Source: Patellaria atrata CBS 101060
Taxonomy: Eukaryota
Direction of reading: 5' to 3'
DNA: 64,000 nt
Assembly (NCBI GenBank): GCA_010093705.1
Contig: MU006090.1
Span: 1,887,817-1,951,816 of the forward strand
Each line of letters starts with the position of its first letter. Position 1 is the stretch's first letter. Below, piece by piece: positions 63,702-64,000 of the stretch. The translations under genes and the position numbers were made by a program. Below the pieces are notes generated by a model that worked only from the letters and a program-made list of their open reading frames with translations, was not told the DNA's origin and did no database searches.

Positions 63702-64000
63702 CATTCAGGGGATTAACGACCCGTACTTGCGCTGTACAGTACACAAGATCATTATGGTACATGTACATGCGAATAGTAGATTCTTTTGAAGTGATAAAAA
63801 AATTCCTTGACAAAGGATAATCGGAGTCGGGTTTTGCAGAGGTTGTCCTTTATACTGTACGCCTTGTCCGTACTGTACCGTACAGTAGACACCTCCGGTC
63901 CTCCGCAACTTAACCACGCATCCGTACATACGTATGTATATGTCCATATCTTACCCATCAAGGAAACCTGTTTCTACCCGTACAGAAGACGCGCGCCTAC

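Overview
Gene-dense euchromatic window from a filamentous ascomycete (Pezizomycotina; short GT-AG introns with CTAAC/CTGAC branch sites), with one 100-N scaffold gap at 20704-20803. About 20 intron-containing genes can be reconstructed: a homeobox transcription factor (cut by the window edge), a HAD sugar/glycerol phosphatase, NUG1 GTPase, a GAP1-like permease, an LtrA-family membrane protein, an MFS transporter, the queuosine-salvage hydrolase, UBA2, a DUF3433 membrane protein, a small Ser-rich protein, the CCH1 calcium channel, a PHD-finger chromatin protein, a lactose/cellodextrin-type sugar porter, a 4-exon orphan gene, an Mtr-like amino-acid transporter, OPI3, beta-tubulin, an alkaline ceramidase, prefoldin 1, a coiled-coil protein and HEM25. 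There is also a disrupted F-box-like pseudogene. I found no tRNA/rRNA, transposon, CRISPR array or secondary-metabolite cluster. The most unusual signal is not a gene: about eight sub-kilobase GC-rich domains always flip from C/A-rich to G/T-rich, mostly near the 3' ends of convergent genes, and are strong enough to bias protein sequence. Other notable signals are GTAC-rich intergenic patches, three minisatellites, two GC-AG introns, an overlapping uORF and a strong G-quadruplex. All family calls come from motif recognition by eye; no searches were run.
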